This document shows, piece after piece, positions 1 to 11,724 of a stretch of DNA of 64,000 nucleotides. The notes beneath the pieces were generated by a model. It was not told the origin of the DNA and did not search any database. It saw only the letters and a list, made by a program, of their open reading frames with translations. The position numbers and the translations under genes are program-made. Each line of letters opens with the position of its first letter. The first letter of the stretch is position 1. This DNA comes from Octopus vulgaris (lineage: Eukaryota), in NCBI GenBank assembly GCA_951406725.2, contig OX597818.1, positions 130,572,001 to 130,636,000 of the forward strand, read 5' to 3'.

Positions 1-590
1 GGTGAGCTGAGCAAGTCGGGGGGTGGGGGGGTAGGGCTTCGAGTGGTTGAAGCGTTGTGGTGGCGATGTGCAAGTGTGGCATTGTGATGGTGCTGCGACG
101 CTAGTGGGAGTGAGATTGTTTGGGGGGTGGGAGGTGGGGGGGTTATCACCATGATGTGGTGGCGGTAGTGGTGGCGATGCGGTGGGTGGGTAGGTGGGGG
201 TGAACAGGGTTAAGTGAGTGGTGAAGTAAAATGGTGGTGATGCGGGTGTGGAAGTGGTGATGGTGGTGGGGTGCAGGACAGATATTTCAATGGTGTAGTG
301 GTGGAGATGGTAATGGTAGAGGTGGGGGCCAGCAATGTCAAGTGGATAAGGTGGGGTGGGGGGAGTTGCATCATGAGGTGATGAGGTGGGTGGGGAAGAT
401 GGTGACCATGCGCTGGCATGGTGATGGTGATAGTGTCGGTGGTTGATGGAGGTGGCAGCGACCCATGGTTGTGACAGCAGCAGTGGTGGTGGCGATGGCA
501 GAAATAGTGGTGGTAGTGACAGTGGTGGTGTTGGTGGCGGTGGCAGTGGTTGCAATGGTGGTGACGGTGGTGACAGCAGTGCGTAACAGA
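1..590. repeat. Degenerate G-rich (GGT)n/G-run low-complexity tract
   Basis: Dense GGT/GTG triplets and G4-G7 runs. Confidence 0.85.
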
Positions 591-1085
591 AATGGATGAC
601 TATGGGCTAAGAGAAGAAAGCAAAAAAAGAAAACAAAGCAAAAAAAAAAAAACAGAAAAAAAAACAAGCAACCAAAAAATAACAAAGAAAGTGTTAAAAA
701 GAGAAAAAAATAGAAACCTGTTTTTATGTATGAAATGAATTGGGGTTACAGAAAAGGGCTACAGTGGAGAGATGGTGTGATAGCGGGGGGGGGGGGGGGA
801 TTTCACCAGTACTTTCACAAAAGAGAAAAAAAAAAATCCAACAAGGAAAATAATTAAATCCCTGTCGTGTCCCCTCTCTCCACTGTTCTCTACAGAAAAA
901 CAAAAACACAAAAATAAAATAGATAATAGAAAGATAACTGGTAAATTATTTTACTTTGGGGCTTACATTGACGGTGGGGTATTTTACATTCCTGACCCTG
1001 GGATTATCAGTTTTCACTATTTGCTTATGATCTGCTAAGTTTTGAGTCTGAATCCTACCGATGCATATATATATATATATATATA

Positions 1086-1368
1086 TTAGTAATTAAGATT
1101 CAAGTGAGTTCTGTTGAATTCACATATATATGGTACTTAACTTGGATGCACCAGAAATCTCTATGGTGTTAACCATACGATGTCTCACGAGTGTAACATC
1201 ACCCCCTTTGATGTTTGGGGATCTCAGATGTTCTTTTGGCTGATGAGTACGGGTCACCTATATTTACTGCAATTTTTGTAGCCTTATTAAAGATGTCTTC
1301 GTATGAAACAATTGTACCGAAAAATTGATCCATTCTTGTTGCTTTTTTCCTATTTATAATCACCCCAC

Positions 1369-1370
<2 letters not shown>
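1086..1370 (+). mobile_element. Short non-coding insert in (TA)n carrying a hammerhead motif (Penelope pLTR/retrozyme-like)
   Basis: Complex sequence bounded by (TA)n on both sides; contains CTGATGA...GAAAC-AATT-GTA. Confidence 0.6.
1234..1322 (+). ncRNA. Type I hammerhead ribozyme-like motif
   Basis: Stem I ttttgg/ccgaaa; CTGATGA 1240-1246; stem II gtacggg/ttcgtat; GAAA 1305-1308; stem III with palindromic AATT loop; GTA triplet 1314-1316. Confidence 0.65.
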
Positions 1371-1409
<39 letters not shown>

Positions 1410-1410
<1 letters not shown>

Positions 1411-1671
1411 AGACCCTCTTTGGTCATGGCTGACCATGGGATTGCACCAAGAAAGTTACCCTCCTAGGCACAAGTCTGGGCAATGGTGTTTAAGGCCAAT
1501 ACGGCTTGGCACATGTGATGTCGCAACTCATTTCTACAGCTGAGTAGTGAACTGGAGCAACATGAAATAAAGTGTCTTGCTCAAGAACACAACACACAGC
1601 CTGGTCCGGGATTCGAACTCACAACCTCACGATCGTAAGGTCAACGCTCTAACCACTGAGCCATGCACCTT
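1410..1671 (-). mobile_element. SINE family C (tRNA head with ACG anticodon-like loop, CORE-like centre; OR-type octopus SINE-like)
   Basis: Minus strand tggctcagtggttagagcg (A box), gagttcgaatcc (B box), ttcttgagcaagacacttt; several copies in window. Confidence 0.85.
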
Positions 1672-1707
1672 CACACACACATATTTATATTTATATATAT
1701 ATATATT

Positions 1708-1751
<44 letters not shown>

Positions 1752-1754
<3 letters not shown>

Positions 1755-1955
1755 AAACAAGAAAGCACAAAAAAATAACACAACAACGCGAGGACGTGGA
1801 ACAAATATAGTATTATTGGACGCTCAGGAAAGAAGGAAAGAAGGAGGGTTTAACGTTTCGAGCGGAGCTCTTTGTCAGAAACATAGGAGAAGGAAAGATT
1901 CACAGAAGGGAAGACAGAGGAAAAAAAATCACCAATGGTACACATGAGGTCACAT
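1752..1955 (-). mobile_element. Hammerhead-bearing short repeat, copy 1 (copy 2 at 25287-25480)
   Basis: Minus strand gttt-ctgacaa-agagctccgctc-gaaacgtt-aaac at 1848-1882; flanked by (TA)n. Confidence 0.65.
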
Positions 1956-2300
1956 ATGTATATATATATATATATGTAGGTGCAGGCATGGCTGTGTGGT
2001 AAGAAGATTGCTTCCCAACCACATAGTCCTAGGTTCAGCCCCCCCAGTGGGTATCTGTGTGTATGTGTGTGTGTGTATGTATGTATATGTAAATGTCAAA
2101 CTGTGAAAGAGTGCTCAACACCACATTGGTGAATAAAGATTCTTTATTTATGTATTAAGATTACCATTGGTGTTTAAATCATAAATGCAGATGAACAGCA
2201 ATTTCACAATGTGTTCAGTTTGAAAAATTGCTAAGATATTTACTTAATATGAAACTAATGGTAGCTTTAATAGACAAATAGAGTATGTATGTATTTATGC

Positions 2301-2334
<34 letters not shown>

Positions 2335-2498
2335 GTGTTACATCCTTGAGCCTCTAATATCATAGTATTGTTGATATTGTCAACGATAGATAAAGAATAC
2401 ACTGTAATAGTGTTATAGCAATACAAAACAGAAACAGCTGCAGTAACAGACATGTTAGGAACCAACAATCTTTTATGAACCAACAATCATAATCAGAT

Positions 2499-2711
2499 TG
2501 TGTGTCTGTGTTTGTCCCCCTAGCATTGCTTGACAACCGATGCTGGTGTGTTTATGTCCCCGTCACTTAGTGGTTTGGCAAAAGAGACTGATAGAATAAG
2601 TACTGGGCTTACAAAAGAATAAGTCCTGGGGTCGAGTTGCTCGATTAAAGGTGGTGCTCCAGCATGGCCACAGTCAAATGACTGAAACGAGTAAAAGAGT
2701 AAATGAGTAAG
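2499..2711 (+). mobile_element. SINE family A, 3' half only
   Basis: Matches tail of full copies; ends in gagtaaaa repeats. Confidence 0.9.
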
Positions 2712-2752
2712 TTCTGGGGAACGTGAAAGCCATTCAAAGTAGACCTCACACA

Positions 2753-3715
2753 TGGTTCCAGCAAGATGGGGTAACTGCTTGCACCACAAGTGAAACAATG
2801 CAGTTGCTACAGCAGTGGTTTGGAGAGAGAATAATCTCCTGATATGTATTTCTTTACTACCCACAAGGGGCTAAACATAGAGGGGACAAACAAGGACAGA
2901 CGAAGGGATTGAGTCAATTATATTGACCCCAGTGCGAAACTGGTACTTTATTTATCGACCCCGAAAGGATGAAAGGCAAAGTTGACCTCGGCGGAAGTTG
3001 AACTCAGAACGTAACGACAGACAAAATACTGCTAAGCACTTCGCCCGGTGCGCTTACGTGTCTGCCAGCTCGCCGCCTTATTCTCCTTATAATCTCCTGA
3101 TATGGCAAAGTCAACTGGCCCAGACTTGACTAGCCCGGATTTTTTTGGTGGGGGTGGATATCCGAAAGAAAGGGTTTACATCAACAAACCGGAGACTCTT
3201 GTGCAACTGAAGGAGGACACCAATAGAGAAATCAAAGAAGTGGGGTCTGAAACTCTTGAGGATGTTATGATGCAAGTTTTGGAAAGAGCATGGGCATGCC
3301 AAGCCGAAAATGGCTGCCATTTAAGTGATCTTATTTTTCATATGGATTTGGTTAAAAAGAGACGATGAGCGATGGCTAGAAGGATACTGAGTTTAACTTT
3401 ATAACCAGCTGATCTAGCAAGCGGGGCCTCATATCAGTGAGGGGGGCCGGTGCGCATTGATGCCGTTGAGAGGTAGGCCCCGAAATGGTGCGCATTCTCT
3501 CCTGATAACCCCATACACTTGCTGGCTTCTGGTATATGGAGCTTTTGACTGGTAGCACTTGCATGTGCAAGTTGTTTGCAAGACATGATGACGTAGTGAT
3601 GTTATTAATTTCCATTATGATCTTTATAGTGTATCAAAATTTTATGCATTTATTTGTAAAGTTCAAGAAGTTATTAAAAATTGAAACTCATCAGTGACTT
3701 TTGGGACAACCTGTA
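2753..3715 (+). pseudogene. Decayed Tc1/mariner-superfamily transposase C-terminus, probably DD41D (rosa/VS-like), split by a SINE
   Basis: WFQQDG...ERIIS [SINE] GKVNWP..PDLTSPDFF..GYPKERVYINKPETL...RAWACQAENGCH; ends ttttgggacaacctg-ta; stop and frameshifts. Confidence 0.75.
2847..3080 (-). mobile_element. SINE family B with 16-bp TSD
   Basis: Full head ggcggcgagctggcag; TSD ataatctcctgatatg at 2831-2846 and 3089-3104. Confidence 0.92.
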
Positions 3716-3721
3716 TATTGT

Positions 3722-3940
3722 TAAGGCAGTAAGCTGGCAGAATTGATAACATGCCAGGTAAAATGCATAGTGGCGGAATTTCACCTGTCTTTGTACAGCA
3801 TTCAAATTCTGCTGAGGTCAGCTTTGCCTTTCATCCTTTTGGGGTTGATAAAATAGGTACCAGTTGAGTACTGGGGTTGATGTAATCGACTTAACCCCTC
3901 CCCTCAAACTTACTAGACTTGTGTCAAAATTTGAAACCAA
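3722..3940 (+). mobile_element. SINE family B, older variant
   Basis: aaggcagtaagctggcagaa...gcctttcatccttttggggttgataaa...aaatttgaaacc. Confidence 0.8.
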
Positions 3941-4321
3941 TATTAAATACATACACCTTTGTTTTGAAATCCCCTCAGTAACTTCTTGTGTTCTACACAC
4001 AATATACAATGAAGAGAGACAAACATTGTGGTTGCAGTGACAGACATGTTTCACCTCTGTTGAAACTTTTCAATGCTACACACTCGGTTGCTACTTGCTT
4101 AAATGAAATTTGTGTTCTAATATATTTCAAGGCAGTGCTCCAGCATGGCCACAGTCAAATGACTGAAATAACCAAAAGAATGAAAGAAAATGTATATATA
4201 AGAAACAGTGAATAAAACATGACTAGCAAAGAAAGGACCTCTGACCCCTATTTTTTCTGTTTTAAGCTCACAAAACCACAAAGGAGTGCTGGTACCAAGG
4301 TTAAGAACCATTTGTCTATAC

Positions 4322-4586
4322 CAGTGTCTTTAACCATTTTTTACCTATGGACTTCTTCGATTCCTGTTTTACTCAACTGGAACCCCATAGCCATTTGATG
4401 TTTAAAAAATCCTATTATATAGGCATAGGATTGGCTGTGTGGTAAGTATCTTGCTTACCAACCAAACGGTTCTGGGTTCAGTCCCACTGCGTGGCACCTT
4501 GGGCAAGTGGCTTCTACTATAGCTTCGGGCTGACCAAAGTCTTGTGAGTGGACTTGGTAGATGGAAACTGAAAGAAGCCCATTGTA

Positions 4587-4623
<37 letters not shown>

Positions 4624-5348
4624 GTGTATGTGTGTGTATATGTTAGTGTGTCTGTGTTTGTACTCCCAACATCACTTGACAACCGATGCTGGTGTATTTA
4701 CGTCCTCGTAACTTAGCAGTTCGGCTAAAAGAGACTGATAGAATAAGTCCTAGGCTTACAAAGAATAAGTCCTGGGGTCGATTTTCTTGACTAAAGGTGG
4801 TGCTCCAACATGGCTGCAGTCAAATGACTGAAACAAGTAAAAGAATATTTTTAGAATTAAACATTATTAGGAATTGTATAAAAAATTCTTTAAAATATTT
4901 TGCAATATTTTGTGTGTATTGTAGGAGTAGAAGTAAAAAGTCCCCTTTTGTCATGAATGATCTTGGGATTGCACCTAGAAAATACCCCTCCGAAGCTCAA
5001 GTCAGTGCAAAGTTATTTAAGGAAGACTAGCAATTGCCCATGCATTCCAGCCTCCCCTCTTCATGCCACTGATATTATCCAAGGGAAAGGTAAAGGCCGA
5101 TACAGCTTGGCACCACTGATGTTGCAACTCATTTCTACAACTGAGTGAACCGGAGCAATGTGAAATAAAGTGTCTTGCTGAAGAACACAACACACAGTCT
5201 GGTCCAGGAACCGAACTCAATACCTTATGAGTGTGAGCCTGACACTTTAACCACTGAGCTATGTAAGAGTATTATCAATTTATTGCAGATAAATTCTAAC
5301 AACAAAATCTTATGTGGATGCCATATGAATCCCTGTTGAAAGCCACTG
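4322..5348. mobile_element. hAT/Charlie-like MITE interrupted by SINE A (4420-4845, +) and SINE C (4943-5262, -)
   Basis: Ends cagtgtctttaacc / gttgaaagccactg; flanks gtctatac/gactagat; right end is the reverse complement of a related fragment at 50198-50320. Confidence 0.6.
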
Positions 5349-5356
5349 GACTAGAT

Positions 5357-5540
5357 CAGTGTTCCGCAACCCTTTTTTACTTGTGGTACACAAATTCTTT
5401 TCAAAATTTGGTGGCACTCTTGAACTAAAAATATAACCAAAAGTATAGGGAAAAAAATTATATTCAGGTTACAATGTGGCACACCTAGCATCATCTTGTG
5501 GCACATCAGTGTACTGTGGCACACCAGCTGTGGAGCATTG
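5357..5540. mobile_element. hAT/Charlie-like MITE
   Basis: Ends cagtgttccgca / tgtggagcattg; 8-bp TSD gactagat/gtctagat fits NTCTAGAN. Confidence 0.75.
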
Positions 5541-5919
5541 GTCTAGATGTTGGTTCAGAGCTTGACTCAGTAAACAACTTCTCTTTTAAGCGGTTAGTCA
5601 AAATGCTAGAAACAGCAACTAAAACAACATTTATTTAGAAAATTACAATCACGCCTTAGTGTCTTATGAAAGGACTGACACATTTGATAACGTAATCCTA
5701 GTTATACTATGGCTGAATAAAAGCAAATAAAAAAAAAAAAGATGGTTGTTCATATCTGGATCATTTCTTATCCTAAATCTATTGAAACAAAGTTAGTCCA
5801 GTAAAAGAGCATTGTCGTCACCACCACCACCACCACTAACAAAAACAACACAATCAACACCACCACATTAAGCAACAAGCCATTTCGGATGTTATATTCT
5901 GCAGATTCCAGTATCCTGG

Positions 5920-6297
5920 TGGGGAAGGAGAGGAAGATGAAGAAGAGGAAAAGGAAGAAGAAGAAGAAGGACGAAAAGAAGAAAAGGAGGAGGAGGAGAT
6001 GAAGAAAAGGAGGAGGAGGAGATGAAGAAAAGAAGAAGAAGAAGAAGAAGAAGAAGAAAAGGAGGAGGAAAAGAAGAAAAGGAGGAGAAGAAGAAAAGGA
6101 GGAGAAGAAGAGGAGAAGTAGGAGAGGAGAAAAAGAAGAAGAAGAGGAGGAGGAGGAGGAGAAGAAGAAGAAGAAGAAGAAGAAGAAGAAGAAGAAGAAA
6201 AGGAGGAAAGAGGAGGAGGAGGAGGAGGAAAAGAAGAAGAAGAAGAAGAAGAAGAAGAAGAAGAAGAAGAAAGAAAGAAAGAAAAGAAGAAGAAATA
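5920..6297. repeat. (GAA/GGA)n polypurine tract
   Basis: Direct reading. Confidence 0.95.
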
Positions 6298-6302
6298 GTA
6301 GG

Positions 6303-6386
6303 GATGTTCAAGGCTGGAACAGTTGTGATCCAAACTCTATTGGACCAGGTGAGATCTACCTGGTGCTAAACAACAACAACAACAAC
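6303..6386 (+). mobile_element. Old (CAA)n-tailed repeat family F fragment; relatives near 5590-5800, 15815-15897, 37680-37912, 50020-50195, 52020-52123 and inverted at 63660-63750
   Basis: Shared decayed motif tca.ggctggaa...gatc...acctgg.gctaaacaacaac. Confidence 0.55.
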
Positions 6387-7089
6387 AGCTGCAATGACTA
6401 CTACTACTACTACTACTACTACAAGGAACTGGAGGAGAAATGGCTACAGCATGGGGGAGAGTTACGTTTATGTATGAAAGAAGACCTGCCCCTGTAGACA
6501 CATCTGGTTGATGTTTAGGATGCACTGAAAGACACGTTTAATGATATATAAATAAATTAATTGATTAAAAGTAATTTTATTTTCTCAAACTTAATTACAA
6601 TAAAATTATGATAATTTATTTGATTTTTTTTCCATCTTCTTTGAATTTTCTATTTATTCTGATCATGTTTTTTTTTTCAATTTTATTTCATCTTATCCTA
6701 ATTATTACGAGTGAAACGCATATTTGGTAAAGTGTTTTCTGTTAATGAGTGTATAGTTGTATGTATGTATGTATGTATGTACATGCATTTGTATGTGTGT
6801 AAGTGAATATGGCTATGTGAATGAATGTGTATGTGTGTATGCAAGTGTGAATGTATATGTGCATCTGCAGTGTGTTTATAAATGTATGCATGCATGTATG
6901 CGTGTGTGTATTTATGTATGTATGAATGTATGTTTGTATGTATGTATGCATGTATGTGTGACTGTGTATGTATGTATATGTGTGTGTGTGTGTGTATGTG
7001 TGAACATATGCTATGTGAGTACATGTGTATATGCATCTATGTATACAAGCATGTGTGTATGTAAGATTGAATATATATATATATATATA

Positions 7090-7357
7090 ATCATCATCAT
7101 CATCATCATCATAATCGTTTACTGTCTGTTTTCCATGCTGGCATGGGTTGGACGGTTTGACTGGGGTCTGAGAAGCCAGGAGGCTGCACCAGGCTCCAGT
7201 CTGATCTGGCAGTGTTTCTACAGCTGGATGCCCTTCCTAATGCCAACCACTCCGAGAGTGTAGTGGGTGCATTTTTGTGCGCCACCTGCACAGGGGCCAG
7301 AAAGGGCTGGCATCAGCCATGATCGGATGGTGCTTTTTACGTGCCGCCGGCACAGGA
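7090..7357 (-). mobile_element. SINE-like family E with (ATG)n tail
   Basis: (CAT)n...ttttccatgctggcatgggttggacg...ggatgcccttcctaatgccaacc; more copies near 13326, 18810, 18985, 24500, 43020, 51715, 57444. Confidence 0.85.
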
Positions 7358-7360
7358 ATG

Positions 7361-7394
<34 letters not shown>

Positions 7395-7644
7395 TATATC
7401 TATCTATCTCTCTATATATATATATACAAACACACACACTATACTTGTATGTGTGTACATGTGTGTGTGTGCATGTTAATGTTTAGGGATATAAATGTAT
7501 GTATGCACATGTGAATGTAAGTGTGCAAGTGTGTATATAAGTATGCATAAGTATTTCTGTAAGTATATATGTAAATGCGTAAGTATATATGCATGTGCAT
7601 ATATATGTGTTTGTGTGTGTATGTGTGTGCGTGAGCATGTGTGA

Positions 7645-7697
<53 letters not shown>

Positions 7698-8012
7698 TGT
7701 GTGTGTGCGTGTATACTGACGTGTAACACCTTTGTGGATTTGGTAAGAATATATATTTGGAAATAGAAACTATCTTTCAAGTCGTAAACATTTTGGTCCT
7801 GTACTGAGTCAGCGTATAAAATTTCTTCTCTCATCTAATTTTAGAGGCAACATATAACTGATGATGATAATGATGATGATTATGATAATGGGGATGAGAA
7901 AAACAACAACAATCAATTAATTCTCTATCTCTCACTCTCTCTCATTCTCTTTCTCGTTTGCATATGTCTATGCATGTGTGTGTGTTTATATATATATATA
8001 TATGTGTGTTTG

Positions 8013-8043
<31 letters not shown>

Positions 8044-8303
8044 ATGTGTGTGTGTGTGTATGTGTGTGTGTGTGTGTGTGTGTGTTTATAATTATTTGCT
8101 GTACTGTCATAATAAAGCATGTAATTATAAATACACACCTGTATAAATAGATGCCAAGGTAGGTAGCTAGGTATGGAGATAAGGTGATGTGAACTTATAC
8201 AAAGTACCCAAATCTAAATACTAACAATCCACCCACACATACACACACCTAAAAAAAAATTCAATCAGAAAATGATGAAAAAAATGACTGAAAATGTATT
8301 CTT

Positions 8304-8340
<37 letters not shown>

Positions 8341-8705
8341 TGCATATACACATACATATGCCCATGAGTGTGTATGTGTATATACACATACATATGCCCA
8401 TAAGTGCATATGTGCATATAAACAATTAATATATATCTATATATACATTATATCTATGTATTTGAGTGTGTGTCTGTGTGAGTGTGTGTGTGTGTGTGTG
8501 TATGCATGTGTGAGTATGTATGTGTGTGTATGTGTATATATATATGTATGTATGTATTCATGGATTGATTGACAGAGATATACAATCATGCAAATATTTA
8601 TGAGTGTGTATGTACACACTGCATGCTTATTTTCTGTATTCCTTTACTGGTATGAATGGGTTTAGAGGAGAGGTTCAAAGAATCTTTATTTTTATATAAT
8701 CTAGC

Positions 8706-8736
<31 letters not shown>

Positions 8737-8791
8737 AAGTGAAGTTGTAAGGTACCGCACGAGGGGAAATATAAATGAAACCTTCTTTCAT

Positions 8792-8861
<70 letters not shown>

Positions 8862-8862
<1 letters not shown>

Positions 8863-9281
8863 GGCGCAGGAGTGGCTGTGTGGTAAGTAGTTTGCTAACC
8901 AACCACATGGTTCCGGGTTCAGTCTCACTGCGTGGCACCTTGGGCAAGTGTCTTCTGCTATAGCCTTGGGCCGACCAAAGCCTTGTGATTGGATTTGGTA
9001 GACGGAAACTGAAAGAAGCCCGTCGTATATATGTATATATATATATATATATGCATGTAAGTGTTTGTGTGTCTGTGTTTGTCCCCCTAGCATTGCTTGA
9101 CAGCCAATGCTGGTGTGTTTATGTCCCCGTTACTTAGCGGTTTGGCAAAAGAGGCCGATAGAATAAGTACTGGGCTTACAAAAGAATAAGTCCTGGGGTC
9201 GAGTTGCTCGATTAAAGGCGGTGCTCCAGCATGGCCGCAGTCAAATGACTGAAACAAGTAAAAGAGTAAAAGAGTAAAAGA

Positions 9282-9284
<3 letters not shown>
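8862..9284 (+). mobile_element. SINE family A, full length (tRNA-like head, internal (TA)n/(TG)n, tail)
   Basis: aggcgcaggagtggctgtgtggtaag (A box), ggttcagtc (B box-like), ccttgggcaagtg, tail gagtaaaa. Confidence 0.95.
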
Positions 9285-9314
<30 letters not shown>

Positions 9315-9375
9315 TATATATATATAAAACAAAGTTGTAAGGTACCACACGAGGGGAAATATATATGAAACCTTC

Positions 9376-9419
<44 letters not shown>

Positions 9420-10013
9420 TGTGATCACATGACCGACCAGTCCATCAGATGTAGTTACACATCGCTGGTCACAATACGTTCGCATTGTTTTAGCCTTCGA
9501 ATGACGCCACCCCGCTGGCTAAGCGAGCAGGCCAACAGAAGAAAGAGTGGGAGAAAGAGTGGTGAAAGAGTACAGCAAGAATCACCACCCCCTGCCGGAG
9601 CCTCTATGTTTAGCCCCTTGTGGGCAATAAAGGAACATATATCCTCTTCTCAGAATCTGACATCTTTTCTTCTCATATACTGGTTACAAATTTTGGCTCA
9701 AGGTCACCAATTCTGGGGGTGAGATCAAGTCAATTAGATTGACCCCAGTGCTCAGATGGGACTTAATCTATCAACCATGGAAGGACGAATGGCCAAGTCG
9801 GCTCCAGTTGCATTTGAACTCAAAATATAAAGTCAGACAAAATTCCACTGAGCATTTTGTTAATTATATTCACAATTACATTGAGCCCAGTGCTCAGCTG
9901 GTACTTAATTTATTGAACATGAAAGAATGAATGGCAAAGCTGACCCCAGCAGTATTTGAACTTGGATAAAATGGTAAAATTGGATAAAATGCCCCTGAAC
10001 ATTTTCCTCATCA

Positions 10014-10431
10014 TACTCTTTCTTTTTACTCTTTTACTTGTTTCAGTCATTTGACTGCGGCCATGCTGGAGCACCGCCTTTAGTTGAGCAACTCGACCCC
10101 GGAACTTATTCTTTTTGTAAGCTCAGTACTTATTCTATCGGTCTCTTTTTGCCGAACCGCTAAGTGACGGGGACGTAAACACATCAGCATCGGTTGTCAA
10201 GCAATGCTAGGGGAACAAACACAGACACACAAACACACACACATACATATATATATATACATATATACGACAGGCTTCTTTCAGTTTCCGTCTACCAAAT
10301 CCACTCACAAGGCATTGGTCGGCCCGGGGCTATAGCAGAAGACACTTGCCCAAGATGCCACGCAGTGGGATTGAACCCGGAACCATGTTGTTGGTTAGCA
10401 ATCTACTTACCACACAGCCACTCCTGCGCCT
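10014..10431 (-). mobile_element. SINE family A, full length
   Basis: Reverse complement of the family A sequence. Confidence 0.95.
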
Positions 10432-10939
10432 ATGTTTACAATTTTGCTAGTTCGCCACCTTAAAATGGTTTCAAATTTTGGCATGATGCCAGGGATTTCA
10501 GAGGAGGGTGTAAGTTGATTGCATCAACCCCAGTGCTCAACTGGTACTTATTTTAACAACCCCGAAAGTAGGAAAGGCAAAGAAGACTTTGGTGGAATCT
10601 GAACTCAGAACAAGGACAAATGAAATGCCTCTAAGCATTTTGCCTGGTATGCTAACGATTCCGCCAGCTTGATGGAATGTATGATCGAGTCTTGGAGTTT
10701 ACAAGCTGCATTTTTGTATTAGCTCTCAAAGAGGGCAAGAACTTTGACTAAAAACTGATTGAGAGGGTTCTGTTTTGGTCTCCTCGAATGCAGCAATCTC
10801 TCTGGTGTCAATGGCATGAGAAAACAGACCAAGTCCCCACTGTCAGGTAAACACCCCCACCAAAGCTGGCCGTGCTTTTATTGTTGCATGAGCAAGATGA
10901 ATAATACTGACCATAAAATGATGATGACAAAGATGACAT

Positions 10940-10970
<31 letters not shown>

Positions 10971-10999
10971 GCACATATATATTGACCGCTTACATACAT

Positions 11000-11422
11000 A
11001 GGCGCAGGAGTGGCTGTTTGGTAAGTAGCTTGCTAACCAACCACATGGTTCCGGGTTCAGTCCCACTGCGTGGCATCTTGGGCAAGTGTCTTCTGCTATA
11101 GCCCCCCCGGGCCGACCAATGCCTTGTGAGTGGATTTGGTAGACAGAAACTGAAAGAAGCCTGTCGTATATATGTATATATATATAAGTGTGTGTGAATA
11201 TGTTTGTGTGTCTGTGTTTGTCCCCCTAGCATTGCTTGACAACCGATGCTGGTGTGTTTACGTCCCCGTCACTTAGCGGTTCGGCAAAAGAGACCGATAG
11301 AATAAGTACTGGGCTTACAAAAGAATAAGTCCCGGGGTCGATTTGCTCGATTAAAAGGCGGTGCTCCAGCATGGCCGCAGTCAAATGACTGAAACAAGTA
11401 AAAAGAGAAAGAAAAGAAAGAG
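11000..11422 (+). mobile_element. SINE family A, full length
   Basis: Family A match; catacata on both flanks. Confidence 0.95.
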
Positions 11423-11724
11423 CATACATAAACAGTCAAAATTTTCAAGAATAAATTGTGTGTTTGTGTGTACCCATGCATATACATATGTGCATATATA
11501 TATATATATGTGTGTGTGTTTTTTCATGTGTGTGTGTGAGTGTATGTATGCATGTATGTATGCATGTATGTATGTATGTGAGTGTGTGTGTGAGGGTATG
11601 TGGGCAAATGGTTAGGGTGTTGGGCTCAGAACCATGAGGTTGTGTGTTCAGTTACTAGACAAAGTAGCATATTCTGTCTTTGACCAAAGCATTTCATATT
11701 ATGCTCCACTCAACTCAGCTGATG

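Noticed and set aside
1590-1671. tRNA gene
   Set aside because: tRNA-like head continues into a multi-copy SINE body and lacks a proper acceptor stem
6022-6369. Arg/Lys-rich protamine-like ORF
   Set aside because: Translation of a (GAA/GGA)n tract running into a family F repeat
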